Positions 39,086 to 49,202 of a stretch of DNA of 64,000 nt are shown piece after piece (the first letter of the stretch is position 1; each line of letters starts with the position of its first letter). A model generated the notes under the pieces. It was not told the DNA's origin and made no database searches. It saw only the letters and a program-made list of their open reading frames with translations. Position numbers and translations under genes: made by a program. This DNA is from Felis catus (taxonomy: Eukaryota): assembly GCF_018350175.1 (NCBI RefSeq), contig NC_058368.1, forward strand, positions 70,620,001-70,684,000. The letters are read 5' to 3'.

Positions 39086-39231
39086 GGGTATGTGAGACTG
39101 GGAGTATGTGGCGGGCCCTCACTGGGCCATACGAACCCACGGATGAGTCACTACACACATGCTTGGCCTGGGGTCTGGCTGATCCCCACCAGGAGCCCCT
39201 CTCTCCTGCTTGTCTAAGCAGCAGCCCCCAC

Positions 39232-39941
39232 TGATGAAGTTTTAGGGTGATGGTGGGGTCCAGAGCCGATGGCCAAGAAAGTATTCTTGAAGACGTCTTT
39301 GGTGCAAAAAGGTGATGTTATTAAAGCTTGGGGACAGGACCCATGGGCAGGAAGAGCTGCCCTGGGGTCGTGACTGGTAACTCATTATTACATACCCTCA
39401 GGTTGGGAGGGGGTCAGGGATAGGAGCAGGTCTCTAAGGAATTTTGGAAGCAAGTTTTCCAAGACCTTGAAGGGCTAGCTGTTGCTAGGGAAATGCCATT
39501 TATTACCATTTAATAAAACCTCAGTCATGAGACCCTTCAGATGCACATTGGGGGCCATAAGCTTGGAGTATGATTGCCAGCATATATCTTGGGGGAGTTG
39601 AGATAAAGGAAGTAGACTTACAGGGTCCTCAAGGCTGGGATAAAGTTAAGCTAAGATTCCCTTTTGCCTCCAGCAAAGTGTCATCCTGGAGGCAGCTGAA
39701 CTCCTGGAGGGAGATCACTCTGCCGGTTTGAAGGACTCGTCAATGGGCTGTAGGCAGTAAGGGAATTTCATTTTTCATTTGCTTTAGTTCCGTACATCAC
39801 TGTGGCAAGCACTTAAACTCCTTTCCTTTGTAAGAGCAGCCAGGAGTGTTCGCGGAACATCACACATAATCCGCCTGGGGGTGAGGGGCCAGTGGTGTCG
39901 GCCGATACTTTTTCCTTAGCTCGTCCCACGCTCCCTCATCA
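39232..39941 (-). mobile_element. Solo LTR (carnivore ERV1-like), 710 bp
   Basis: Termini TGATGA...TCATCA; flanks cccac/gccac; homologous (inverted) to 40107-40822. Confidence 0.8.
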
Positions 39942-40106
39942 GCCACTGTCTCCTTTCCATTCCCCTTCTGTGCTGATCGCCTATACGGTGCCCTGGATTT
40001 CCCATTGTCTTTGGGCCATTGTCCAGTTGTTTCTTGGGGGCGGGGGTGAGTGCATGTCAGCCAGCAACCTAGGGGTAAGGCCTGCAGTGGGCTCTTTTAT
40101 CGATGC

Positions 40107-40150
40107 TGATGAGGGAGCATAAGGCAGGCTGAGGGCAAGATACAAGCCAG

Positions 40151-40185
<35 letters not shown>

Positions 40186-40822
40186 ACGCACAGGGTGGGA
40201 TATGTGTGATATTCCTCAGGCACTCCTGGCTGCCCAAGGACAAAGGAAAGGACACAAAACAAATGCTTAAACTGATAGAGTCTCCATCAGTTCACAAATA
40301 TCTTAGTAAATTACAAGAAAAAGGCAATCTTATCCATAGCCTAATCTCCAGAAAGCAATAGACTCCGTTTCCTGAAGCCCCAACATCACCCTTCCATAGT
40401 GATGTGGGGAACAAAGGCAGAAGAAAATGGCAGGTAAAATTAAATTTCCTCATAACCTGCAACCCAATGACAAATACTTGAGGCAAATATAGAGTATAAC
40501 ATTTCTCCAGGAACCCCCTACCTTCCTAATGTTAATGCTTTGCTAGAGGGAAAAGCCACCTTAGCTTGACAATAGCTAGGCCTCCAGTAATCTGTGAGTC
40601 TTCAGCATATGAAAGTGTCTTTAGAAACTTCCCTTTTGAGTTTACCTCCCCCTAGTCCATAGTATATAAGCAGTCATTCTACACAACCCCAGTGCAGCTC
40701 TTCCTGCCCACGGTCTTGTCCCCGTGCTTTAATAAAATCACCCTTTTTGCACCAAAGAGGTCTTCAAGAATTCTTTCTTGGCCATCAGCTCCAAACCCCA
40801 CTGTCATTCCAAAACCTTATCA
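40107..40822 (+). mobile_element. LTR of the same family, sense orientation, 716 bp
   Basis: Starts TGATGAGGGAGC and ends CCTTATCA; TATA-like gtatataagc ~40663 and AATAAA ~40731; 3' end (ctttttgcaccaaagaggtcttcaagaattctttcttggccatc) is the reverse-complement match of 39270-39312. Confidence 0.8.
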
Positions 40823-41617
40823 AAAGTGGCTGCTAGAATGGAAAGAGCCAGAGACATCATCTAGTCCGTGGGGGCCAGAACTTGGGAGGTCTGTGAACCT
40901 GGATGGGAAACAATGACAGCTGTGTTTTCACTAGGTTCTGACTGCAATGTGGTACCACAGTTATGTACGTGGGCAGTCAGCCACAGTGATGTGACATGTA
41001 CCCGTGACCGCATCACTGATAGAAATCATGGATCTTTTCATAGCCCATTACAGACGATTTAGGAACCTCAAAATATGATGTATGCTCATCACTACTTAGA
41101 AAATATAGTCGTTATTAGTTAATAAAGAATTATATGTGGGGCGCCTGGCGGGCTCAGTCGGTAGAGCGTGTTGACTCTTGATCTCGGGGTTTGGGTTTGA
41201 GCCCCACGTTAGGTGTAGAGATTAATAAAATCTTTAAAAAAAGAATCATTTGTAACATTATGTCCAAAATCTACTTTTAAAAATAGTTTAATGTATTTTA
41301 ATAGCAAACTTAGAGGAACAGCACAGAAGACAGCTTTAAAAACAGGTACTTGCATGTAGGACAACCCAGTTGGAGAAGTGCAGTGAATGGATGGAATCCA
41401 ACGTGTGATAAAAATGCCACAAGCACCACTTAATTGCCAGAAATAGGAAATTTACGTGTTTAAAAAAAGTCTAAATGCTGGCATTGTCCAGAAAATTTTA
41501 ACAGATTTATTTATAATTGTTATAAAGTTGACCTGCTGAGCCCTGTTCACTGAAACATTTTTATTTGCATCAATGATTTATGCCTCCATATTTATATTAA
41601 AAATTCACACACAAATC

Positions 41618-41972
41618 GGGGCACCTGGGGGCTCAGTGGGTTAAACACCCGCCTTCAGCTCAGATCGTGATCTCACAGCTTGTGAGTTGGAGCCCCGTGT
41701 CTGGCTCTGTGCTAACAGTTCGGAGCCTGGAGCCTGCTTCCAATTCTGTGTCTCCCTCTCTCTCTGCCCCTCCCCCCACTCGCACTGTGTCTCTCTCTCT
41801 CAAAAATAAATAGACATTAAAAAAAATTTTTTTAATTCATACACAAATTGGGGTGCCTAGGGGCTCAGTAGGTTAAGCATCCAGCTCTTGATTTCGGTTC
41901 AGGTCATGATCTCACAGTTGGTGAGCTGGAGCCCCCTGTGGGGCTCTGTGCTGACAGTGGAGCCTACTTGGG

Positions 41973-42022
<50 letters not shown>

Positions 42023-42097
42023 CCCGCCCCCCCCCCCCCCTTGCACATGAGCTCTCTCCTTTTCTCTTTCTCTCAAAATAAATACACTTTAAAAAAA
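41618..42097 (+). mobile_element. Two tandem Can-SINEs inside the H3.3 retrocopy 3'UTR
   Basis: Heads at 41618 and 41850; target motif attcacacacaaat present three times (41603-41616, 41835-41848, ~42097-42108). Confidence 0.9.
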
Positions 42098-42299
42098 TCA
42101 CACACAATGGAAATGGAAAAACTGCCAATACCTGGTTTCTGTACCCTATTTTTCTACTTGCAGTCATAAACTTAGGTACCTTTTGACCCCACCGGGAAAA
42201 AAATCTAACGTTCAGAACGCCCAGTAACAGGAAGAAGAGGTAAAAAAAATTTTTTTTAAGAATGAAATGTTTTCCACGGTAGTGGACTTTTAAGCACGT

Positions 42300-42796
42300 T
42301 CTCTACACACGCGGCGTCTAGCCAGACGTCTTCTGGAATAATTACAACACGTTCGACCTGGATCGCATACGCGTCGGTGTCTTCGAAGAGACGCACCAGC
42401 TAGGCCTCGCTTGCCTCCCACAAAGAACCAGTAGCTGCGCTCTGGAAGCGCAGATCCGTAGGTCCTGAGCCGTTTCTCGCTCCGACGCTCTCGAAAGGCA
42501 ATTGGCGGATCCTAAGCTCCGACCTCTGCCCGCGTGCAACTTCCCCAGGGCCGCAGCCGCGCGCTTGAACCGATGCGGCTTCTTCACCTTCCAGCAGAGG
42601 GCGCTCTGGCCCGCGACTTTTGTAACCCGTGGCTTCCTGGGGGCTTTGCCTGGGGCGGGGGGATTTGCCGGCGCCTGCTTGTCCCAGCCACGTCCGGAGA
42701 CCTCCTTAGTACCCCCCCCCACCCCACCCCCGGCTTCTCCTTGGGCTGGAGCTCGGCAAGCTAGAGGCGGTGCAGGCGTTCGTGAGGGGCGGCGGC
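42300..42796. promoter_or_regulatory. CpG-island-like segment formed by the H3.3 retrocopy CDS and 5'UTR
   Basis: High CpG density (e.g. gccgcagccgcgcgcttgaaccgatgcggc) and a GGGGCGGGG box at ~42652. Confidence 0.55.
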
Positions 42797-43254
42797 CAGT
42801 TTTTTAACATTTTCTTAACTGTATTTTAATATGAACTTTTTGTTAATTGTATATATTTTACCTCATGCACCATCACTCTGAAAAGGGTCTTTAGGCTTCA
42901 CCTGAGGGGTCCGTGGCACAAGGAAAGGTGGAGAGCCTTTGATCTAGTGTAACGCTTTTGTCTTCCAAACAGGGAAAGAGGCACCAGATTTCCCCCACCC
43001 CCAAAGCCTCCCATCTTCTGCATCCAGGCGGGGACCTGAACCCTTGGTTCCTGGTTCCTCTTCGGGTCTCCCCTTGCAAGGCAGGGCCCTTTATTCCCTA
43101 CACCCTACTTCCCCTCAGGACCAAACACAGGATGACTCAGCAAATATTGTTCCCCAAAATTGGGATTTGGACCTAAGGTGTGGCTCCCTAACCCACTCAC
43201 TGTCCTGATTTCTTCTTCTGATGGCTTGAGAAGCCTCTTTACTTGTTTGTTTGT

Positions 43255-43306
43255 TTTGTTTTTAAGTTCATTTATTTATTTTGAGAGAGAGCATGAGCAA
43301 AGGAGG

Positions 43307-43354
<48 letters not shown>

Positions 43355-44070
43355 CCTAAGCAGGCTCCGTTCTATTAGTGCAGAGCCCGACACAGGGCTC
43401 GAGATCGTGACCTGAGCTGAAATAGAGTCGAATGTTCAACCAACTGAGCCACCAGGCGCTCCTTTTTTGTTTTTTTGTTTTGTTTTGTTTTGTTTTTATG
43501 TTTTTTGTTTTCAACGTTTATTTACTTTTGGGACAGAGAGAGAGAGAGACAGAGCATGAACGGGCAAGGGTCAGAGAGAGAGGGAGACACAGAATCGGAA
43601 ACAGGTTCCAGGCTCTGAGCCATCAGCCCAGAGCCTGACACGGGGCTCGAACTCCCGGACCGCGAGATCGTGACCTGGCTGAAGTCGGACGCTCAACCGA
43701 CTGCGCCACCCAGGCGCCCTTGTTTTGTTTTTAAGATTTTATTTAAAAAAAATTTTTTTTAACATTTATTTATTTTTGAGACAGAGAGAGACAGAGTATG
43801 AACGGGGGAGGGTCAGAGAGAGAGGGAGACACAGAATCTGAAACAGGCTCCAGGCTCTGAGCTGTCAGCACAGAGCCCGACGCGGGGTTCGAACTCACGG
43901 ACTGTGAGATCGTGACCTGAGCCGAAGTCGACCGCTTAACCGACTGAGCCACCCAGGCGCCCCAAGATTTTATTTTTTAAAGTAATCTCTAGACCCATTG
44001 TGGGACTCAAATCTACAACCCCGAGATCAAGAGTCACCTGCTCTACCAACTGAGCCAGTGAGGTGCCCCA
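43255..44070 (-). mobile_element. Stack of four antisense Can-SINEs
   Basis: Four successive reverse-complement heads ending at ~43460, 43719, 43963 and 44069. Confidence 0.9.
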
Positions 44071-44189
44071 ACAAGCCTCTTTCCTTGTCATCCACTTGTC
44101 ATGTCCCACCTCGCCCTGAATGGAGCACAGTGGCTTCTCTGCTCACTCAGGCCCAGGAAACCAATAGCAATGACAGTAACAATAATGGC

Positions 44190-44390
44190 ATCCTTAATTG
44201 AAGACCTGCTTTATGTCAGCCACACGTAGCTATACTTATATATGCCTCCCTTTGTCCCCAAAGAGGCATTGTTATCCCCATTTTATAGATGAGGAAAATG
44301 AGGGTCAGAGAGGTTAAGTGATTTGTCCAACGCCACACAGCCACTTGCATCGAAGAGCAGGTGTTTCTGACAGGTTCAGTTACAAGGAGG
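44190..44390 (-). mobile_element. MIR
   Basis: MIR core ttatccccattttatagatgaggaaaatgagggtcagagaggttaagtgatttgtccaa. Confidence 0.85.
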
Positions 44391-44910
44391 TTGTAGCTGG
44401 GGCTGGAGAGAGGTGGCCAAGGGACAGTGTCACCCAGATCTGAAGAAGTTGGTGTTGCTCTTCCCGCGGCAGGTGGAGCCACTGCAGCCGTGGATGGTGA
44501 CGTCTCAGCTCGGCGGCCATCCTGGGTATTTTTACCCTTAGAGCAGCTTCACCAGGCACTGATTTCTGACACAATCTGTGCCTGCCTGGGGAAGGCAGAG
44601 ATGGCACCCTATCTCATCTGTGGTTTGCACATCTATGCTCCGTGAGCGTCTTCAGCCCCAGGCGTAAGCGGAGAGGCCCAGTGTGGTTTAGTTCCGGGTG
44701 CAGCCACCGTGGGAGACAGGGTTCAGCTGCTGTCCGGGCCTGGGGCTGGGGCGGGGGGGGGGGGGGAGTCTGTAAAGCCAATCCCTTTTTTTTCCTTTTG
44801 TTTTTAAATGGTAAGGAGGAAAAGGATTGGTACAGATGTATTTGTTTCTTCTTTTTATACATTTAATTATCGATCTCACTTCAGACACTTGAATAACATA
44901 TTCTTTCACT

Positions 44911-45386
44911 TATAGGTACAGGACAGACCCTCCACCTTAAACGTGCCACTTGGCATGTAGATTATTTTCAGCTGAAGGCACTTGAGACCCTGTGGGCCCA
45001 AGAGAAACTTTTTTCCTCCCTTAACCACATGGAAGAGTGTAAATTGAGGGCCTTTCCCAGAATAAGTGTTAGTAGCAGAGATAAATTTTATCTGAGTGAC
45101 CCATCGGTATAGTAGGGCAAACATCTAATTACCATACATCTGCTCTTTCTATGGCCCTGTGAAATCCCTTCTTTTCCTCTGAAGTCCCAACCTTTACCCC
45201 TGTCCTTAGTTCAGAGTGACATATGTACCTCCTTTTGCCTGTCTTTGGAATTGCCATGTCTATGTGGATTCCTCACACGTACGCCTGTTAAATTTGATTT
45301 TCTCCTGTTAATCAGTCTCATGTTGATTTGTTTCTTAGTCCAGCTAGAAGGACCTGTAAGAGGACAGGGATTCTCGCTTCCCGACA
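44911..45386 (+). mobile_element. ERV1-class solo LTR (MER34/MER39-like)
   Basis: tgccacttggcatgtagattattttcagctgaaggcacttgaga...gttaaatttgattttctcctgttaatc...cttcccgaca. Confidence 0.7.
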
Positions 45387-47113
45387 ACTCATCCGCAGTG
45401 AATGTCTGCCATATGCTGAACTCCCAGAGCTAGGTAGGGACACGACAGTGACAAACCCCTCCCTTCTGGTGAAGCAGACAGGAAAGCGGGCAGACAAGAC
45501 ATCTGTGGAGACAGATGCCAATGCCAGTGAGTTCTGGGCACTAAGAAAACATCCAGAAAGAGGTTCTTTCCAGGCTTGAGTAGTCAGAGTCGTTTCCCAG
45601 AGATAATGATGAGGCTGAGAAGCAGTTTGCTACACATTTCCCCCCAGCAAAGCAGAGGGAAAGTGGTGATTGTGCACTGGGTCACTTTCACTCATATTTC
45701 ATTGACGCACACAAGTCACCTGGCCACACCTAAGTTCCAGAGGGAAGGGGTGGAATGCTGCCATATGCTGGGGAGAAACACCAGAAAACCAGACTCCCAC
45801 GCCACCAGCTGTGTCTGTCTCTCCAGCCAGGACTCACATGTCCAGCTGTCTCCCGGCCACCTCCTGGGTACGCTGGGATCAGACTGCTGTGTTCAACCCC
45901 TCAGACCCACTGCCCCTCCTGGGTTGGCCCATCTCCACGAGGCACACACCCAGGGGCGTCCTGCAAGCCTCCCTCCCGCCTCCATGTGCCATCCACCCCA
46001 AGTCTCCTCCATGACAGGCTCAAGGCGGTCACTGTAGCCGAGGCGTTGACACCCGTCTCAGGGAAGGCAACGCCAGCTTTGTGCCCCAGTCTTGGCCGTC
46101 AGTCCTGACACTGAATCCGATCCCCCTCTCCACTCTGCTGCCAGACTGAGTTTGCTCAAATGCACAGTGACCCTGTTTGTCTGGTCTACATAAGCTCTAC
46201 CCCCAAATGAGGCTTGAACTCATGACCCTGATATCAAGAGTCACATGCTGTATTGACTGGGCCAGCCAGGTGCCCCTGCCCTACTTTCCTTTCAGAACAC
46301 AACCCTAATTCCATGACCTGGCATTTGAGGCTCTCTCTGCTGGAATGCATCTTGCCTCTACCACACGTCCTGGTTACTTTACTTCACTCCTCCTGGTTCA
46401 AGAACGCTCTGGCACGATCTCCTCCAGGCAGTCTACTGAGACTGCTCTTGCCCCCCACCTAAGTTAGATACTCCCCTTGTGTATCTGCACATCTCTGCTA
46501 GCTAGATGAATGACTACCATCTGTCAGAGCCGTCGAGGCAAGTGATGGGCTCTCATGCATCTGGGTCCCCCGAGGGTCCGACAGAGGGGCCAGGCATGGA
46601 AGATGTGCGTGGTGAGCGATTACTATATGGTGGAGCGGTGGCGAGGTGCTGATTTCCAAACCCGTCTGCCACAGATCCAGCTGGCTTGTCTTCCCACCTC
46701 ATCCAAAGCCGTCTTCCCGCAAGGATTCGTCTTCCCGCAAGCCGTCTTTGTATCCTGAGCCAGCCAGCGGGGCGGGGATGCAGCATAGTCCGAGAAACGT
46801 GCACACCAAGGGAGCTTTTGGTTTGAGTGAGAAATGGAGACCCGGCAGGTCACTGAGAGCCGAGCGGTGCTGCACGCGGGGGTGACAGCCTGGGGTGAGA
46901 AGCCAGACCCCTTCTGTCTTCCTTCGCCTCACAGGGTCCCCAGATGGAGGAACTCGACAGAGGCTCCTGTCTGATCCACCCACATTCCAGATGTGGAAGA
47001 GAGACCCGGAGGGGTGAACTGAGTCAGCCATAGTCACACAGGGAGCTACAGATGACACTAAAGCCTAGAGCAGCCTGGGGCTTCCCAAACGCTCTTTAAG
47101 AAAAAGAAGGTAC

Positions 47114-47355
47114 AGGGGCACTTGGGTGGCTCAGTCGGTCAAGAGCGTCTGACTCTTGATTTAGGCTCAGGTCATGATCCCAGGGTCGTGGGATCGAGCC
47201 CTGAGCTGGGCTCTGCACTGGGTGTAGAGCCTGCTTATGATTCTCTCTCTCCCTCTGCCCCTTCCCCACTCGTGTGTGTGTGTGTGTGTGCACGCACGCT
47301 CTCTCTTTCCCTCTCTCCCTCTCAAAATACATATGTACATACATAAAATACAAAG
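47114..47355 (+). mobile_element. Can-SINE
   Basis: SINE head and body. Confidence 0.85.
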
Positions 47356-47957
47356 AACGTGTGAGCACCTCCCACTTCACCCAACACACACCAAGAATGC
47401 AAGCAAACCCTCAGTTCATTAGAACCAACCTGTATTTTCTCTCCTGTACTCTTTCTTCAAGAGGAAGTCACAATTTAATTGAATTGTCTCTTTTTTTCCC
47501 CTCTTTCAGTCAATAATTTTGATTTAAGCACTTTTCATGCTCAAGGCACTGTGCTGGGCACAGCTGAAGATTCGAGAGAAAAACCCACCCTTGCTTTTCA
47601 AGCCGTGGGAACAAGGCACATGAGCCTGCACAATACCAAGAATGCAAGGGAAAGGCCAAATGGGTGGTTCAGGCAAGGAAGACAGTTTGCAAAAACTTCA
47701 CAGGAAAATGCCCCAAGGAGAGATTTAGTCAGAAAAACAACTCCGGGGACATCCCTGGGCTCCCCTCCATTCCCGCCCCTGATCCACCTCTGTGCATGGC
47801 CATACTGGGCTGCCTGACTTCGCCGAGGAGCCTATAGCTGAAAAAGCACAGAATCAATGAAATGAGATTAAAAACTGTAATCACTGTGTTAGACTTTCTC
47901 CCAGACCCATGCTCTTCCAGGAAGAAGGGGATGCCGTCCTTCCCTGGGACCCACACG

Positions 47958-48044
47958 GTGCCCAAGTCAGTCACCAAGAATCCACGTGTGCCCAGGTCAG
48001 TCACCAAGAATCCACGTGTGCCCAGGTCAGTCACCAAAAATCCA
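47958..48044 (+). repeat. 30-bp tandem repeat, ~2.9 copies (gtgcccaggtcagtcaccaagaatccacgt)
   Basis: Units at 47958, 47988 and 48018, nearly identical. Confidence 0.95.
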
Positions 48045-48139
48045 TTCATGAACACATGCATTCTTCTTTCTGGTTTTTCCACTGCAGAAGTTGAATGTAA
48101 AAGGACTATCTCCTAAACCGTTCATTGTTCTTTTTTCCG

Positions 48140-48160
48140 ATTTCTTTCTTTCTTTCTTTC

Positions 48161-48212
<52 letters not shown>

Positions 48213-48235
48213 TCCTCTTTCTTATTTCTCTTTCT

Positions 48236-48279
<44 letters not shown>

Positions 48280-48329
48280 TCCTCTTTCTTTCTTTCTTTC
48301 TTCCTTATTTCTTTCTTTTCTTTCTTTCT

Positions 48330-48378
<49 letters not shown>

Positions 48379-48563
48379 TTTCCTTATTTACTTATTTAGA
48401 GACAGAAAACCAGACAGAGAGCAGTAGGGACAGAGAGAATCTTAAGCAGGCTCCACACTCAGCACGGAGCCTGACGCAGGGCTCAATCCCACAACCCCAG
48501 GACCACAGCCTGAGCTGAAATCAAGACTCGAACGCTCAACAGACTGAGCCCTACAGGGGCCTC
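48140..48563 (-). mobile_element. Antisense Can-SINE with an expanded (TTTC)n tail (48140-48385)
   Basis: Tetranucleotide microsatellite abutting the SINE body; flanking cattgttcttt duplication. Confidence 0.85.
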
Positions 48564-48574
48564 CATTGTTCTTT

Positions 48575-49110
48575 ACCTAAGCTTTTCTTTGGAAATATAA
48601 CATCCTTACAGAAGAGGGCAAAAATCATAAACTCAATGGATTTTTCATACAGCAAACACACCCATGTACTAGCACCTAGATAAAAAATCCTGAATGTTCC
48701 ATGAACCCAGAAGCCTCTTCCAATCACTGCCTCCCAAGGTTAGCACTGTGCCCCAGATTGCTCTTGCCTGGTTTTGAGCTTTATGTAAATGGAATCACAT
48801 GGTATGCTTGCTTCCAACTCCAGCTTCTCGTGCTCAACGTTATTTTGGAGCGCTTCCTCCGTATTGCTAATAGTTACAGCTCATTCAGGCCCGTTGCTGC
48901 ACACGTTCCTTTGGGTGAGCCAGTGCTTATGTGTTCATTTTTCCGGTTGATGAGCATCTGAGCTGTATCCAGACTGAGCATATTACAAATAGTGGTGTTG
49001 TGAACATCCCTGAGCACATCTTTTAATGAACCTAAGTACTAATTTCTGGTCGTAAATGCCCAGAGCAGGATTCCTGGGCCACAGGGTTTGTGTGTAGTTA
49101 GCTTTAGTCC
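48575..49110 (-). mobile_element. Old L1M fragment
   Basis: cttgcctggttttgagctttatgtaaatggaatcac...tgtgaacatcc...ggattcctgggcc. Confidence 0.7.
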
Positions 49111-49202
49111 ACACCACCCTTTCTGGATATTCAAAGAGAAAAAGAGATCAAGGGTGACAAAAATTTTAATTATCCGAAAAAAAATTTAAACTGTCAAAAC
49201 GA

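Larger units (their letters stand above)
41283..42796 (-). pseudogene. Histone H3.3 (H3F3A/H3-3A) full-length processed pseudogene, 3'UTR interrupted by two SINEs
   Basis: Minus strand: spliced H3F3A-like 5'UTR (gccgagctccagcccaaggagaag...taaggaggtctc); degenerate CDS 42691-42290 (ATG>GTG; GKAPRK, VKKPHR, DLRFQSAATG, EASEA*LVRLFEDT, ERA-TAA; in-frame TAG 42400-42402); no introns; H3F3A-type 3'UTR (ggggtcaaaaggtacctaag; ctggacaatgccagcattt; gctattaaaatacattaaactat). Confidence 0.93.
40860..42945 (+). mobile_element. Charlie4a-like hAT DNA transposon split by the H3.3 retrocopy (5' part 40860-41280 with a short SINE; 3' part 42797-42945)
   Basis: gtgaacctggatgggaaa...atagaaatcatggat...gctcatcactactt; 3' part taactgtattttaatat...taggcttcacc...ggggtccgtggcaca. 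Confidence 0.7.

Noticed and set aside
40823..40900. TGG just after the LTR as a primer-binding site of a provirus
   Set aside because: No convincing tRNA 3' complement; the following sequence is Charlie4a-like, with no gag/pol.
42342..42722. 126-aa ORF with GKAPRK/VKKPHR as a novel histone variant
   Set aside because: The track start is not the H3 ATG (mutated to GTG at 42691); the frame leaves H3 after the N-terminal tail, and the histone-fold frame has indels and a TAG.
47958..48044. CRISPR-like 30-bp repeats
   Set aside because: Head-to-tail with no spacers, in mammalian DNA.
48091..48427. F/L/S-rich 100-aa ORFs resembling membrane proteins
   Set aside because: Translation of a (TTTC)n SINE tail.
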